IMG/VR virus record: IMGVR_UViG_3300027782_000044
Coordinates: 1 to 64,000 of that record
DNA length: 64,000 nucleotides
Strand: one strand, 5' to 3'
From: a virus
The first letter of the stretch is position 1. Each line of letters starts with the position of its first letter. The notes under the pieces were generated by a model that had not been told where the DNA came from, searched no databases, and saw only the letters and a program-made list of their open reading frames with translations. This document shows, piece after piece, positions 35,880 through 46,007 of this stretch. The translations under genes were made by a program, and so were the position numbers.

Positions 35880-36663
35880 GTGATAACCTCGCAAATGCTG
35901 ATGATGTTGCAGCCTCAGCTTCACTTGCCAATTGATTTGGTGAGAAACTATATTTAACTGATTTAACTTGTGCTGGTACACCCAGCGCTCTAGACAATGA
36001 TGAATTAAATAATCTCTGGAATCCCGATTTTTTTATAGACATATTGACTAGCTGTCCAGTAAAGAAATATCTATACTGTGCAAAGAAGGCGTTTTTGGTT
36101 GCCGCACCTCCTGGTTTTCTAACAGTAACGGATTCGCCTTTTGGCATAAATATTGTGTATCCGTCTACATCAAATACCAGCCTTTCAGAAAATCTTGGCC
36201 TTATGACTACAGTCTTTCCCTCTTCCATAACAGAAGCTTTTTTTACAAAGACGTGTTTATTGTTAGAGTTTTCAGATGGTACAAAAGACTTTGAGTCAGT
36301 TAGTTCGTAATTAATTTTTAATGATAATCCATCTGCAGGAAGCTTATTTAATTTAAATAGTCTTGCCTCGCTATCTCCTACTCTTCCCCATTCGTAAACA
36401 TGGTGAAAAGATTTTGGAGATGTTCTTGCTTTTGCGTCTATATAGTCTGCAAAGTCGATCTGAACCTGATCAAATATGACACTTCTAAATGCTGATTGAA
36501 ACTGTGGGTTAGCAGCAAGCTTAGCCATAACATTTGTTTTATAAAATAAAGCTGCAGATATCTGAGCAACTGTGCTGTCTTTTATTGCACCACTTACTGG
36601 CTTATTAGACATTAAATTAACTAATCCGCTTGCTGCTTTAATTGCTAAAATTTCAGATGCCAA
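35872..36663 (-). CDS. neck/tail-completion protein (HK97 gp10-like position)
   Basis: Synteny; likely TTG start at 36663; basic protein with FHHVYEWG. Confidence 0.6.
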   Translation of the reverse strand: MASEILAIKAASGLVNLMSNKPVSGAIKDSTVAQISAALFYKTNVMAKLAANPQFQSAFRSVIFDQVQIDFADYIDAKARTSPKSFHHVYEWGRVGDSEARLFKLNKLPADGLSLKINYELTDSKSFVPSENSNNKHVFVKKASVMEEGKTVVIRPRFSERLVFDVDGYTIFMPKGESVTVRKPGGAATKNAFFAQYRYFFTGQLVNMSIKKSGFQRLFNSSLSRALGVPAQVKSVKYSFSPNQLASEAEAATSSAFARLSHG

Positions 36664-37078
36664 TTTGTTGATTCTCCGCTCTTTCCAATGAAGAATTGTA
36701 TCCAACAACATTTCCAAAAGGATCTGCTATTGGGGTTGTTCCCATAACATCAAATACAGTATCTGTATCATTTGGGTAATTTAATTCATACCATATTGGT
36801 TTCCCATTGACATCTCTAATATTCTTAACTTTATCTCTAGCAGTAAGTCTTTCAGATGTTCTAACTTCTATAGACTGATCATTAGAATATTTGTTAGAAA
36901 ATTTTTGCTTGTCATTTCCTTTAGCCCCGCCCTGCGTAATAATTCCACGAGCATAACAATCTAATGTTTTAATATAAGAAAACTCTCTAACCATTGCACC
37001 AGTGTTTGGATCCTGCCGTTCTGATTGACGGTAGACATCCATTTTCATGGTCATTAAACCATCAACCACGTCAAACAT
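36653..37078 (-). CDS. head closure/stopper protein
   Basis: 141-aa beta-rich protein after the adaptor; SPP1 gp16-like position. Confidence 0.65.
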   Translation of the reverse strand: MFDVVDGLMTMKMDVYRQSERQDPNTGAMVREFSYIKTLDCYARGIITQGGAKGNDKQKFSNKYSNDQSIEVRTSERLTARDKVKNIRDVNGKPIWYELNYPNDTDTVFDVMGTTPIADPFGNVVGYNSSLERAENQQIGI

Positions 37079-38061
37079 TACACCAGTACCATTTGTGTTA
37101 TAACATAGTCTGCTAAAAGTTTATCTGCGTAAGAAGATCCTGTTCCGCTAAAAGCTTCAGAAGAATACTCAAAGTCCCAGTCTGTTGTGGAGATCTTTTT
37201 AACGTATCTATCTCTCCATACACGGTCTTTTGCAAAGTACATCTTCATTAGCTCAACTGCTGCGTCTCTAACTTCATTTGGAATATAATCCCAGCCGAAT
37301 CTTGCATAAACTTTATACGACTTTGATCTTCTAAAAATATTTGGGGAAGAGTCATTTATTGAAGGCGGTACCATTCCATTTGCAATATATACATCGTCAT
37401 TAACGCCAGAAAAATGATTGGCTCTTATTCCAAATCCACTTACTGTATTTTCAACAACTATGCCTAAGTTGTTAATGCTATTGATATTGTCTATAAGCAA
37501 TTCATCATTGGCATATAGGGTATGTAGCCTATTTATTTTTTTAGGCATTGAAAGTGTATCTGAATCACTTCCTATTGTAAAGAATCTATCATCATGCAAA
37601 TAAAACTTTTGCCCTGTATGCCCTTCAATTATGTTTCTTGCGTATCTTTCTGCTAGCTTTAATTCCTGATGTGTTTTATGATTTGGATCATTTGCATCTG
37701 AACCAAGTCCCATTTCTTGTGCTGCTTCTTGTATATCGACATACGGAGTAATAACATCAAGGTAGGTTGTATTTGAATAGGATACGGAGTCGTATTGCCA
37801 ATCCCATATTAATTTAAACTTTCTGTTTCTTGTTGTATGCTGTATTGGAAGGTATACGCTAAATGAGCCCTGATCTACTTCACTTGCTTCTGCTGTAACA
37901 GTAGCAATAATTGTTGAAGGACTAATTTGTGGAGAGACAACTGGATCACCAGTTATATCATAAAATTTTACGATTACTGATGCGGTAGGCGTAACTGCTT
38001 CACCTTTTACGTAAAGCTTTGTTGTGGCTGCCGTGCTTGTATTCTGGTATATCTCTGCCAT
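37078..38061 (-). CDS. head-to-tail adaptor
   Basis: ARNIIEGHTGQKF...FGWDYIPNEVRDAAVELM...ADKLLADY adaptor pattern, with an extra N-terminal beta domain. Confidence 0.75.
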   Translation of the reverse strand: MAEIYQNTSTAATTKLYVKGEAVTPTASVIVKFYDITGDPVVSPQISPSTIIATVTAEASEVDQGSFSVYLPIQHTTRNRKFKLIWDWQYDSVSYSNTTYLDVITPYVDIQEAAQEMGLGSDANDPNHKTHQELKLAERYARNIIEGHTGQKFYLHDDRFFTIGSDSDTLSMPKKINRLHTLYANDELLIDNINSINNLGIVVENTVSGFGIRANHFSGVNDDVYIANGMVPPSINDSSPNIFRRSKSYKVYARFGWDYIPNEVRDAAVELMKMYFAKDRVWRDRYVKKISTTDWDFEYSSEAFSGTGSSYADKLLADYVITQMVLV

Positions 38062-38070
38062 TTGTTAGGC

Positions 38071-38469
38071 TTAGTTGTAATACTCCTGTACTTCTCTAGG
38101 TGTAGCCAATCTAAACCCTTCCTCCTTATCAAAAATTTCTTGAGCCACATCGGGCTTCATTGCTACAAATGGGTGCTCTATTGTAAATGTAAACCCTAGC
38201 GCATCATATCTATAGTTTGGTCGATCCATCTTTACAAGAACCATATCTTCATCAAGTTTTTGATTTGGATCCAGTCTAGGAAGAATTTCATCTGAGTCTT
38301 CTTTTGCATTTTCTATGTTCTTAAGTGTTCCTTGGTAAACTGACCAAGTTACTCCTTCTTCTGCAAGTGATGCGATAATATCTGCTTTGTTTTTTAGGCC
38401 GTCCACGTCAACTGCGAAGTCCGCTGCTAATGTTTTTAGTTCCTTGACCTTAAGTGTGTCAAATGACAT
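38071..38469 (-). CDS. hypothetical protein with an N-terminal HeH/Rho-N-like motif
   Basis: FDTLKVKELKTLA...KNKADIIASL; start MSFD at 38469 behind AAGGAG. Confidence 0.65.
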   Translation of the reverse strand: MSFDTLKVKELKTLAADFAVDVDGLKNKADIIASLAEEGVTWSVYQGTLKNIENAKEDSDEILPRLDPNQKLDEDMVLVKMDRPNYRYDALGFTFTIEHPFVAMKPDVAQEIFDKEEGFRLATPREVQEYYN

Positions 38470-38522
38470 ATATATACTCCTTTGGTATGTATACAAATTA
38501 TAGCACTATAAAATTAAAATGA

Positions 38523-38551
38523 AAAGCCCCTAAAATTAATTAGGGGCCTTT
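38523..38551 (-). terminator. intrinsic terminator after the major capsid gene
   Basis: gcccctaa...ttaggggc stem with a U tract on the minus strand. Confidence 0.8.
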
Positions 38552-38571
38552 CCAGCAAGTTATTTCTTAAA

Positions 38572-39621
38572 TTAAGAAGCAACCTTAACGTCTTTAACGA
38601 CTACCCATGCGTCTGCCTGCTCAATTTGGGTACCCACGCGAGTATACATTGTATATTCGATTGAGTCCTTCTTTGGCCAGAAGAAGCGGTAAACAGTTAC
38701 ATCACGCTTGATACCAATAACAACGTTATTTGGGAATGTCAAGTGGACGTCTCCGTGCTCTCCTGTTGGTGTTGCATATGATCCTACCTGAGTTTCCTTA
38801 AGTAGTGGAACTTCAACAATTGGAATACCAAATGCAAATGGTGCAACATATCCTGCTGGACCACCTAGACCACCCTGGTCTCCACGGATGATGCTTGAAG
38901 CAATATCCTGTGGGTTAACGTTCTGGATGTTCTGTGAAGTTGAATACAAGTAATCTTGTATAAGGTTTGAGCCTGCAAGGAAGCGTAGGTCTGGACGACG
39001 CTGCTTGTACTTACGTGGCATTGCCTTAAGGGCCTTGTTGAAGATGTCACGGGAAATTGCTGCACCCGCTCCAGCTACTACACGACCATTTGTCTTTGCA
39101 ATCTTAACAACACCGTCGAATGACTTGTAAAGTGCATCTCCAGTTAGAGCTGTGTTACCGTTAAGAACTACGTCCTCAAGGTCGTTACCAGCCTGTGTTG
39201 CCATAAGTCTTGCAATGTGATCTTCTAGATCTGCACCTTCAATGTTATCTTCTAGAGACTCAGTTGAAAGCTCCCAATCTAGACGAAGCTTCTTTGTTGT
39301 GAGAGAAATCTTTGAGAACTGTACAGCTGCATTTGAGCCAGTGTTCTCTGCTTCAGCTGCAAGCTTCATAAGCTTCTCACCGACGCCAATACGATCAATC
39401 TCTGTAGTGTCAGCTCTCATTCGAACTGTACGTGCTACCTTACCAATTACTGTTGCATCGAACATGTAATCGAGGAATCTTGCGGATTGCTCAGGATTGA
39501 GCAAGCCTCCCTTACCCTCGGAACCTACGTGAATTCCGTTGGTAGGGTCCGCAGCGCCAGTCATTCCACCTGTTAGTGTTGTGCCTGCTTCTGCTGCTTT
39601 TGCTAATAGTTCATTACTCAT
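38572..39621 (-). CDS. major capsid protein (HK97 fold)
   Basis: GGLLNPEQSARF; ELSTESLEDNIEG; follows the protease; terminator immediately downstream. Confidence 0.92.
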   Translation of the reverse strand: MSNELLAKAAEAGTTLTGGMTGAADPTNGIHVGSEGKGGLLNPEQSARFLDYMFDATVIGKVARTVRMRADTTEIDRIGVGEKLMKLAAEAENTGSNAAVQFSKISLTTKKLRLDWELSTESLEDNIEGADLEDHIARLMATQAGNDLEDVVLNGNTALTGDALYKSFDGVVKIAKTNGRVVAGAGAAISRDIFNKALKAMPRKYKQRRPDLRFLAGSNLIQDYLYSTSQNIQNVNPQDIASSIIRGDQGGLGGPAGYVAPFAFGIPIVEVPLLKETQVGSYATPTGEHGDVHLTFPNNVVIGIKRDVTVYRFFWPKKDSIEYTMYTRVGTQIEQADAWVVVKDVKVAS

Positions 39622-39638
39622 TAGTTTTCACCATACCC

Positions 39639-40952
39639 TTATTTTGTTAATTCGCTAACGGAACCGAGGAAAGTGCCGTTCCATTTTGATTTTTTGATTG
39701 TTACTCCTGTTGACCCGCCAAGGTCAGAGGACTTCTTGATTGCAGTGTCTGATTCTACTGCGTCTACTCTTTTTTCAACTGTGTCCATGATGGACTTGAT
39801 TGAATCAACTGCTGTTGAGAGTTCTGTGTGCTTTTCTGCTAATTCTGAAATTCTCAAATCGACATTCTTGCTAAAAGCTTCGACTGTTTCCTTGATTGTT
39901 GAAACCTGAGCAGCGTTTGCCTCAGAGGCCTTTTCCAAAGTCTCTGAGAAGAAACCCTTAAGGTCGCCTAGCATTTTAACAAAGTCAGGTGACTCCTGAG
40001 ATGTTAGTTCTGCTGATTTTTCCAGAACTTCGGCAGAAGTTTCTTCAGCTACAACTTCAGCAGACTCTTGTTCTACTGGGGCAACTTCTAGAATAATTTC
40101 TGCAGGTGTTTCTACAACTGCTTCTTCTACTACTGGAGTTGCTTCTGTTACATTAAGCTTTTCCACTTCATTTCCTCCTTCTGCAATTGCCGTATTTATA
40201 TTTTGTGTTTCAGGCAATGTTTGCAATCTTGATCTACGTGAATCAAGAATCTTCTCTATTTCTTTTCCTTTGTTTACGTCGTTTGACTCTACCCATCCAA
40301 TGAGCTCTGTCTTTTTTCCAGTAACTGGAGACAAGTATTCTGATTCTGTTGACATAAAAACAGAATCGCTGTCTGCACAATAAAATATATTTTCCATTTT
40401 AACATCTGCTGCGATGCCTTTAAAAATCATTTGTCCGTTTACTTTTTCAATAGAAAAAATGTTACATAGTTCGTTTGCTGGTGAATCAACGATTGATAGT
40501 TCAACTAGTGCATAATCTTTAATAAATCTTACTGATGCTCCTGTTGATTTGTTTACTTCGTTATCTGATTCAAGAATCTTTCCGCCGATTGAGAAACCAG
40601 TTAAAGTTCCGTCTAGAACTTTTTCCCATGTATCCTGGGCGCCTTTTGAAATGTATGCATCAACGTAAACTCCGTTGTAAAATTCTTTTGTTATTGGGTC
40701 GTAAAAAGTTTCTGGTCTGAATGAAGCAACCTTGCCAACTGCAAGTGGCTGATGCATTTCTCTTAGGTTTCCTCTGAAACCTTCAAACGCTTTCATACTT
40801 GCTTCTTGCGTAACGACGTCACCAGTCTGATCTAGGTTATCTAATGTTGCAAAACCTGAGACTGTTCTTTTTTCTCGATTGACCTTTGTAAATGGAACAG
40901 CTAAATTAATAGCATTTCCATTTGAAGACCAATGTGACTTTTCGATAATCAT
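39639..40952 (-). CDS. prohead protease fused to scaffold
   Basis: VSGFAT..NLDQTGD, EMHQ, GFSIGG, ELSIVDSPAN; acidic coiled-coil C-terminal half. Confidence 0.9.
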   Translation of the reverse strand: MIIEKSHWSSNGNAINLAVPFTKVNREKRTVSGFATLDNLDQTGDVVTQEASMKAFEGFRGNLREMHQPLAVGKVASFRPETFYDPITKEFYNGVYVDAYISKGAQDTWEKVLDGTLTGFSIGGKILESDNEVNKSTGASVRFIKDYALVELSIVDSPANELCNIFSIEKVNGQMIFKGIAADVKMENIFYCADSDSVFMSTESEYLSPVTGKKTELIGWVESNDVNKGKEIEKILDSRRSRLQTLPETQNINTAIAEGGNEVEKLNVTEATPVVEEAVVETPAEIILEVAPVEQESAEVVAEETSAEVLEKSAELTSQESPDFVKMLGDLKGFFSETLEKASEANAAQVSTIKETVEAFSKNVDLRISELAEKHTELSTAVDSIKSIMDTVEKRVDAVESDTAIKKSSDLGGSTGVTIKKSKWNGTFLGSVSELTK

Positions 40953-40961
40953 ATGTTATAT

Positions 40962-40990
40962 ATTATAGAGATTATTGTATCAAAAGGCAA
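40962..40990 (-). promoter_or_regulatory. sigma70-type promoter for protease/capsid
   Basis: TTGCCT-17 nt-TATAAT; shares ATTTGCCTTTT with the major-tail promoter. Confidence 0.65.
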
Positions 40991-41008
40991 ATAACTAGTT
41001 GAGTAGGA

Positions 41009-42589
41009 CTAGTTGACTTGTCTTCCATCTCCTTTTGCATTTCTGCCCTCCCCAGATTTATCTGGGGAATTTGCTGATCTCTCTTGGTCACGAGTTCTAC
41101 TTTGAGTAGCCTGAGCCTTAATTTCGGCTGCCTGGGCTGCAAGGTCTACTGGGACATCTCCACCTTCTCGTGGGACCATTCCCATTCTTACTCTAATTTC
41201 ATTTGGAGTAATTACCTGGAATCTAAGATATCTTTCATCTATTTTAGACTGAGTATCTGCATCTGTTAGAGAAAGCTCATTGAACTTTAGATCCATTGCA
41301 TCAGTCATTTCTTGAATTATTTTACTTAGCTTTTTTTCTAGATTTTGCTGTGCTGGAAGACAAACTTGCTCTTTAAATGTCTTATCTGCGTCTCTAGCTG
41401 CAGCCAAGTTAATCCCTGCTGGGGTGCCAATTTTATTAATTGGTACTCTGTGAGCCATTAATATTTCATCTCTATTTGAATTCCTATACTTTTCAAATGA
41501 ACCTTCTTGCGCCCCTGCTTCAATTGGCTCCATTTTAAATTCAGTTTTTGAGTCTGGTGAGTCTGGTGGAAGTGGTATATATAAAGATCTGTGGTTCTTT
41601 CCCTTTAATCCGACCTGGAAAAATTCAAGCAATTTTCTTTCAGATTCTGGAGAAAGCTTTGCTCCCTTTACTGTAATAATGTATCGAGGGACCGCTTTAT
41701 TTTCAAAATAATCTAAGTTATATTTACCAGCAAATTCGTTTCCAGCCATTGCATTTTGTGCAGCAATTATATCTGGGATTCCATAATAGTTATTTTTTGG
41801 GGTGTACTTTTTTAAATGAATAATTTCGTTAGGTCTATCTTCTTGTCCTGCTATAGGGTTTATTGTTTCTGTATCCCCAAAGTTTCTAAAGAATACAGCC
41901 TTGCCGTAAAGAAGCTGTATAAAACCGTCTCTAAGGCGTCTCACACGCATTGTCTTTGAGGGTATGTGGCCAATGTACCCAATCTTTCCAGTCGTCGTTC
42001 TACCGACCTCCAGATAGCCATTACCAGTAGCCTCTACGTCAGTATAGAACTTAATAAGTGTTTCTTTAAAAGTTTCATCTTCGTTACAATCTTCAAGCCA
42101 TTTATGCAAGTCTTGCTTAATTCTATTCAGCTTCTTACGTGCTCTTTCTAATTGCTTTTCATCATTAATTTCATCTAAGGCATCCGTTGTCTTTTTTGAT
42201 TCAATAAAATCAAATCCAAGACCGACTATGTTTGCTACCTTTGCATTTATAGCAGCGTAGTTGTATGGAGAAATTTCATAAATTGTTGATAGATAATCTA
42301 AGTTGTATTCTGGTTGAATTAGATCAAACGTGGCGTACCCGCTAACTGCTTGTTGATGTTGAAGCTGCTGGCTTACTGCGCCGTCTTTTCCAACAAAAGA
42401 TTTTTGCAGATCTCTAGAAACTTTTCTTCTAAATGAAGCTCCCAGTCCTGAAAGCTTTAAAATATCTTCGCCCTCTATATCAAATAGATCGTCTGATTTT
42501 TGAGTGGTTGGATTATTAAATCTCATCCAGTCCGCCACGTTAGAAACCTCTATGTTATTAATAAGCATATCGTCTTCATTCTCAATCAT
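41009..42589 (-). CDS. portal protein (PBSX/HK97-like)
   Basis: TGNGYLEV, EIIHLK...YYGIP, YFENKAVP, EILMAHRVP, ITPNEIR. Confidence 0.93.
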   Translation of the reverse strand: MIENEDDMLINNIEVSNVADWMRFNNPTTQKSDDLFDIEGEDILKLSGLGASFRRKVSRDLQKSFVGKDGAVSQQLQHQQAVSGYATFDLIQPEYNLDYLSTIYEISPYNYAAINAKVANIVGLGFDFIESKKTTDALDEINDEKQLERARKKLNRIKQDLHKWLEDCNEDETFKETLIKFYTDVEATGNGYLEVGRTTTGKIGYIGHIPSKTMRVRRLRDGFIQLLYGKAVFFRNFGDTETINPIAGQEDRPNEIIHLKKYTPKNNYYGIPDIIAAQNAMAGNEFAGKYNLDYFENKAVPRYIITVKGAKLSPESERKLLEFFQVGLKGKNHRSLYIPLPPDSPDSKTEFKMEPIEAGAQEGSFEKYRNSNRDEILMAHRVPINKIGTPAGINLAAARDADKTFKEQVCLPAQQNLEKKLSKIIQEMTDAMDLKFNELSLTDADTQSKIDERYLRFQVITPNEIRVRMGMVPREGGDVPVDLAAQAAEIKAQATQSRTRDQERSANSPDKSGEGRNAKGDGRQVN

Positions 42590-42930
42590 TTTTTACCACC
42601 ATTCAGCTTAGCCATCTCTTCTTTATGTACACTAATATCTAAAGGATCTGGAGTAAGTCCCCATCTTAATCTTTGCTTTTGATACTCAAACTCTTCGTCG
42701 TCAATTTGTCTGCTTCCCTCAATAAACTTAGGCTGGCCGACGTCAATTCCATAGTGAGCAACTGCTGATGCTAGCAGAGCAATTCTTTCTTTATTACCAA
42801 TCATTGATGCTATTGATAGGAAGTTGTTGTCTTCATCTCCAACCCATCTGCCATCTGGCATCTCCCAGACATAAACACCCAATCTGGTATCCCCAGATTT
42901 CATTTGAGCATTAATTCTTTTTATGTCCAT
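42586..42930 (-). CDS. hypothetical protein upstream of portal
   Basis: 114 aa; ATGA overlap with portal; promoter TGGACT-17 nt-TAAAAT at 42939-42967. Confidence 0.75.
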   Translation of the reverse strand: MDIKRINAQMKSGDTRLGVYVWEMPDGRWVGDEDNNFLSIASMIGNKERIALLASAVAHYGIDVGQPKFIEGSRQIDDEEFEYQKQRLRWGLTPDPLDISVHKEEMAKLNGGKK

Positions 42931-42993
42931 AGTTAATTATTTTACCATCTTTATGTCTACAAGTCCAGCCTTTTGTCACCTGACCTGACAAAA

Positions 42994-44757
42994 TTACAGA
43001 GTTTGGAACACTACCCTGTCTCTTGAATATGTTGACACGGGGCCTTGTGTCAATGACATTGACGATCCTTGCCCAACAGATAAAGGCTTTCCTATATAGA
43101 GGTCGTAATGCTCTTGGTGGCTAATTAGAGGATTTGTGTACAGTGCAATATTTTGATATAAATTATCTTCGAGGACTCCAGTTCTTACTCCCAAAAGCTG
43201 CTTGCCATTAAACCAGATCTGACCACTTACTATTGAATTGGTTTTTATTAATATATAGTTAGGCTCATCTATATATAAGTATGAGGATATATTTGTTGCT
43301 GAGGATGCATCTTGGCCATTAATATAGATATTGCTTATATTGGCTTTTGATATTGCTCCGCCTGCCGCCCAAGAAAGGTAGGTTTCTGTAGATCCAGTTT
43401 TGTTAAATATTAAGTGGCCACTAGATAATGATTTTGGAGTAAATATCATTTCAATATTTCTAACATCTTCTGCTGAGTTTATAAAAAATGCTGAAGATTT
43501 TGGCCTTATACCGTTGTCATAGTTTCTGGTTCTAATTGGATATTTATTGTTGGACACATCAAAATCCCAAGTGCCCCCAATGGTTGGTTGCGAAGTAGAT
43601 AGAGTACTTCCTCCATTATGAGAAAACATCTTCTTCTCAGAATGAAAATAAATCTTTAAAGAGTAAAGTTCTGGCAAGTAAATGTCTGAGTTTGTAGATG
43701 TAAATACAAATCTAAAGTATAGTATTTTGGTTGAAGAAAATGCAGAACCTTGAGAAAAGCCTGGTATTGATGATCCATTTACACACGGTGTCCACGGTCC
43801 AGTTTCAGATGTTTCCGACACATATACTGAGACTCCTTTTGAAGCTACCCACTCTATCTTTGAAGATACATATTGATTTGTAATGTTTAAAACTATATCT
43901 TCTACAAATTCTCCGCTAGTAAATCCTGAATTTAAATAAATGCTATTGTTATTTTGATTATACGAAATTGCTGCATTATCATATATGAGGTCTTTCCAAG
44001 GTACCTGAACTGGATAAACATATTTTGTTGTTATGTCTTGGTATCTTTCTGCGCCTCTAAATAACTCACCTAACTCTGGAACTGCAATCTGCTCATCATT
44101 ATTTAAAAATAAATTATTGTAGTGTGATAGTATTGAGTTTCCAGAAAGAGCATATCTGTAAACTGCTGGGCAGTCTATTATAAAATGTTCACCTGCTGGC
44201 GCTGGTCCACATGATAGTGTTATACTTGTATTTGTAAAAGATATGGATATAGGTTTGCTTTCAACTAAAACTCCATCTATATACAAACTCATTGAGCTTA
44301 TAGAATACACTCCAACAATATGAAGCACTCTATTTGGATTAGGAACAGAGTAATCAAGCCTTTCATTTTCTAATTTAAATACTACGTTGCCATTATCCCA
44401 ATACAAACCAATTCCGTCTATGTCTGCAAATATTGGAGTTATAGATGTTAGCGTTTTTGGATGAAACCATGCTTCAAGCGTAAAGTCATTGTCATATGTT
44501 GATGGTGTTCCAAAACCTCCTGTGCCTGTGGTTCCAGAAAAATCTTTTGAAATAACAAACTGAATTGATTTAGTGCTATCTATTTTATTTGAATGTCGGC
44601 CACCAGAAACTATTGGCATGCCCGATATTTCAATTCCACCTACATAAGATCCATTATTACCGCAACCAGAAATATCATAAGCAACAGAACCTGAAGTCTC
44701 ATCAAGCTTCCATAGTCCAGTAGGTAAATCTTTTATTGTAGAAAGATAGTATGACAT
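42994..44757 (-). CDS. LamG/concanavalin-like domain virion protein
   Basis: LWKLDETSGSVAYDISG, FTLEAWF, HIVGVY, LYIDG, AVYRYALS...ILSHY. Confidence 0.8.
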   Translation of the reverse strand: MSYYLSTIKDLPTGLWKLDETSGSVAYDISGCGNNGSYVGGIEISGMPIVSGGRHSNKIDSTKSIQFVISKDFSGTTGTGGFGTPSTYDNDFTLEAWFHPKTLTSITPIFADIDGIGLYWDNGNVVFKLENERLDYSVPNPNRVLHIVGVYSISSMSLYIDGVLVESKPISISFTNTSITLSCGPAPAGEHFIIDCPAVYRYALSGNSILSHYNNLFLNNDEQIAVPELGELFRGAERYQDITTKYVYPVQVPWKDLIYDNAAISYNQNNNSIYLNSGFTSGEFVEDIVLNITNQYVSSKIEWVASKGVSVYVSETSETGPWTPCVNGSSIPGFSQGSAFSSTKILYFRFVFTSTNSDIYLPELYSLKIYFHSEKKMFSHNGGSTLSTSQPTIGGTWDFDVSNNKYPIRTRNYDNGIRPKSSAFFINSAEDVRNIEMIFTPKSLSSGHLIFNKTGSTETYLSWAAGGAISKANISNIYINGQDASSATNISSYLYIDEPNYILIKTNSIVSGQIWFNGKQLLGVRTGVLEDNLYQNIALYTNPLISHQEHYDLYIGKPLSVGQGSSMSLTQGPVSTYSRDRVVFQTL

Positions 44758-44924
44758 TATTTCCTAAAAAATATCTTTTTAAATTTCCTTAACATATTAG
44801 AGGCAGATTGTTTATTTTTTTCATAAGCAGCGTCTGTTCTTTCAGTAAAGGCATGGCTCTTAAAGTACGGGTTGAATTGAAGGTCTGTAAAGTGCCTTCT
44901 AGGGATTCTTTTATAAGGAGTCAT
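44757..44924 (-). CDS. 55-aa basic protein
   Basis: Not in the track: MTPYKRIPRRHFTDLQFNPYFKSHAFTERTDAAYEKNKQSASNMLRKFKKIFFRK*; TAATG coupling to the LamG gene; TTGATT-16 nt-TATAAT promoter 7 nt before ATG. Confidence 0.7.
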   Translation of the reverse strand: MTPYKRIPRRHFTDLQFNPYFKSHAFTERTDAAYEKNKQSASNMLRKFKKIFFRK

Positions 44925-44955
44925 ATTTAATATTATACTACAACAACTGCCAAAA

Positions 44956-45420
44956 TCAAGAGTCTAGTTTTTTATCAATTCCCAGATTTGATAAGAATCT
45001 TTCTGGGTCAAATCTCCAATTATCTTTGGCAAATGAGGTCATTATTTCCATGCAGGTATCTTCGTATGCTTGAATTGAGATTAAAGGCTTTAATTTCAAT
45101 AGGGTCTCTGTGACATCAATATAATTTGTTCTTAAAAAGCTAGGGTCTCCAGCCTGATTTCTCTTAAAGACCTTTTCATTAATTCTTCCATTGGGCTCAT
45201 ACAATCTAACTGTTAGATACTGCTTTGCAAAGCCCCAGTCTTCATACATATTATATGCTTCTGCTGCTTCAATTGCGTTAGGAAAGAAGATAATTGATCT
45301 TGCTGGTTCTTCCCCGTCTCTTGCAATTGTAAGCATATAGGCATCACCTTTTTTATTAGCTACCGCTTCAAGATACTCTTTAACTACATCGTGATGCTCT
45401 TGCTTTAGTTGTCCGCTCAT
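44956..45420 (-). CDS. hypothetical protein
   Basis: Start MSGQL at 45420 via TAATG overlap with the methyltransferase stop. Confidence 0.7.
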   Translation of the reverse strand: MSGQLKQEHHDVVKEYLEAVANKKGDAYMLTIARDGEEPARSIIFFPNAIEAAEAYNMYEDWGFAKQYLTVRLYEPNGRINEKVFKRNQAGDPSFLRTNYIDVTETLLKLKPLISIQAYEDTCMEIMTSFAKDNWRFDPERFLSNLGIDKKLDS

Positions 45421-46007
45421 TACGTCCATCCCATGTTAAAATGTTCTCTATATTCTAGATAATCAATTGCATACGGGTCTACCCACCAGTCTTCATGCCA
45501 TTGCCTTACAACTAGCTTATAGCCGAGAGAGGATAAGATTTCTCGTTGGGCTTCTCTCATGCCTTTATTATTATATTCAATTTGGGCATCATGCTCAAAA
45601 GTTATTATAGAGTATCTGTATTTGCTTAATGGAACTGCTAATAGTCCATGCAGTGTTAGATAGGGATTTCCTACAGCATTTCCTTGTGGCGTATATCCAG
45701 CATCAATATCTACTTGCAGGTAATCAATTTGTTTTGGGAAATTATTTTCTTCAAAATATGAAAGGTAATTAAAATGCGTAGCATCTCCAAGGATACATGG
45801 GTTTTTTCTATTTGATACAAACTCTGCGTGTCTTTGCTTGTCTATCTCAAATGATACGCCGTTCCAATTATAGTCTGTTTCTAGATGATAGGTGTTGCTT
45901 CCTTGCTTTGAATCAAAAGCACCAAGCTCTACGTAAAACCCATTTTCTTTATTTTTAAGTAACTGAGTAACAAATCTTTCTTGACCACTATTACCTTTAT
46001 ATTCCAT
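45420..46007 (-). CDS. FkbM-family SAM-dependent methyltransferase-like protein
   Basis: GQE.FV...GFYVELGAFD...SNT..LE...NWNGVSFEID...IDYLQVDID...IITFEHD. Confidence 0.8.
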   Translation of the reverse strand: MEYKGNSGQERFVTQLLKNKENGFYVELGAFDSKQGSNTYHLETDYNWNGVSFEIDKQRHAEFVSNRKNPCILGDATHFNYLSYFEENNFPKQIDYLQVDIDAGYTPQGNAVGNPYLTLHGLLAVPLSKYRYSIITFEHDAQIEYNNKGMREAQREILSSLGYKLVVRQWHEDWWVDPYAIDYLEYREHFNMGWT

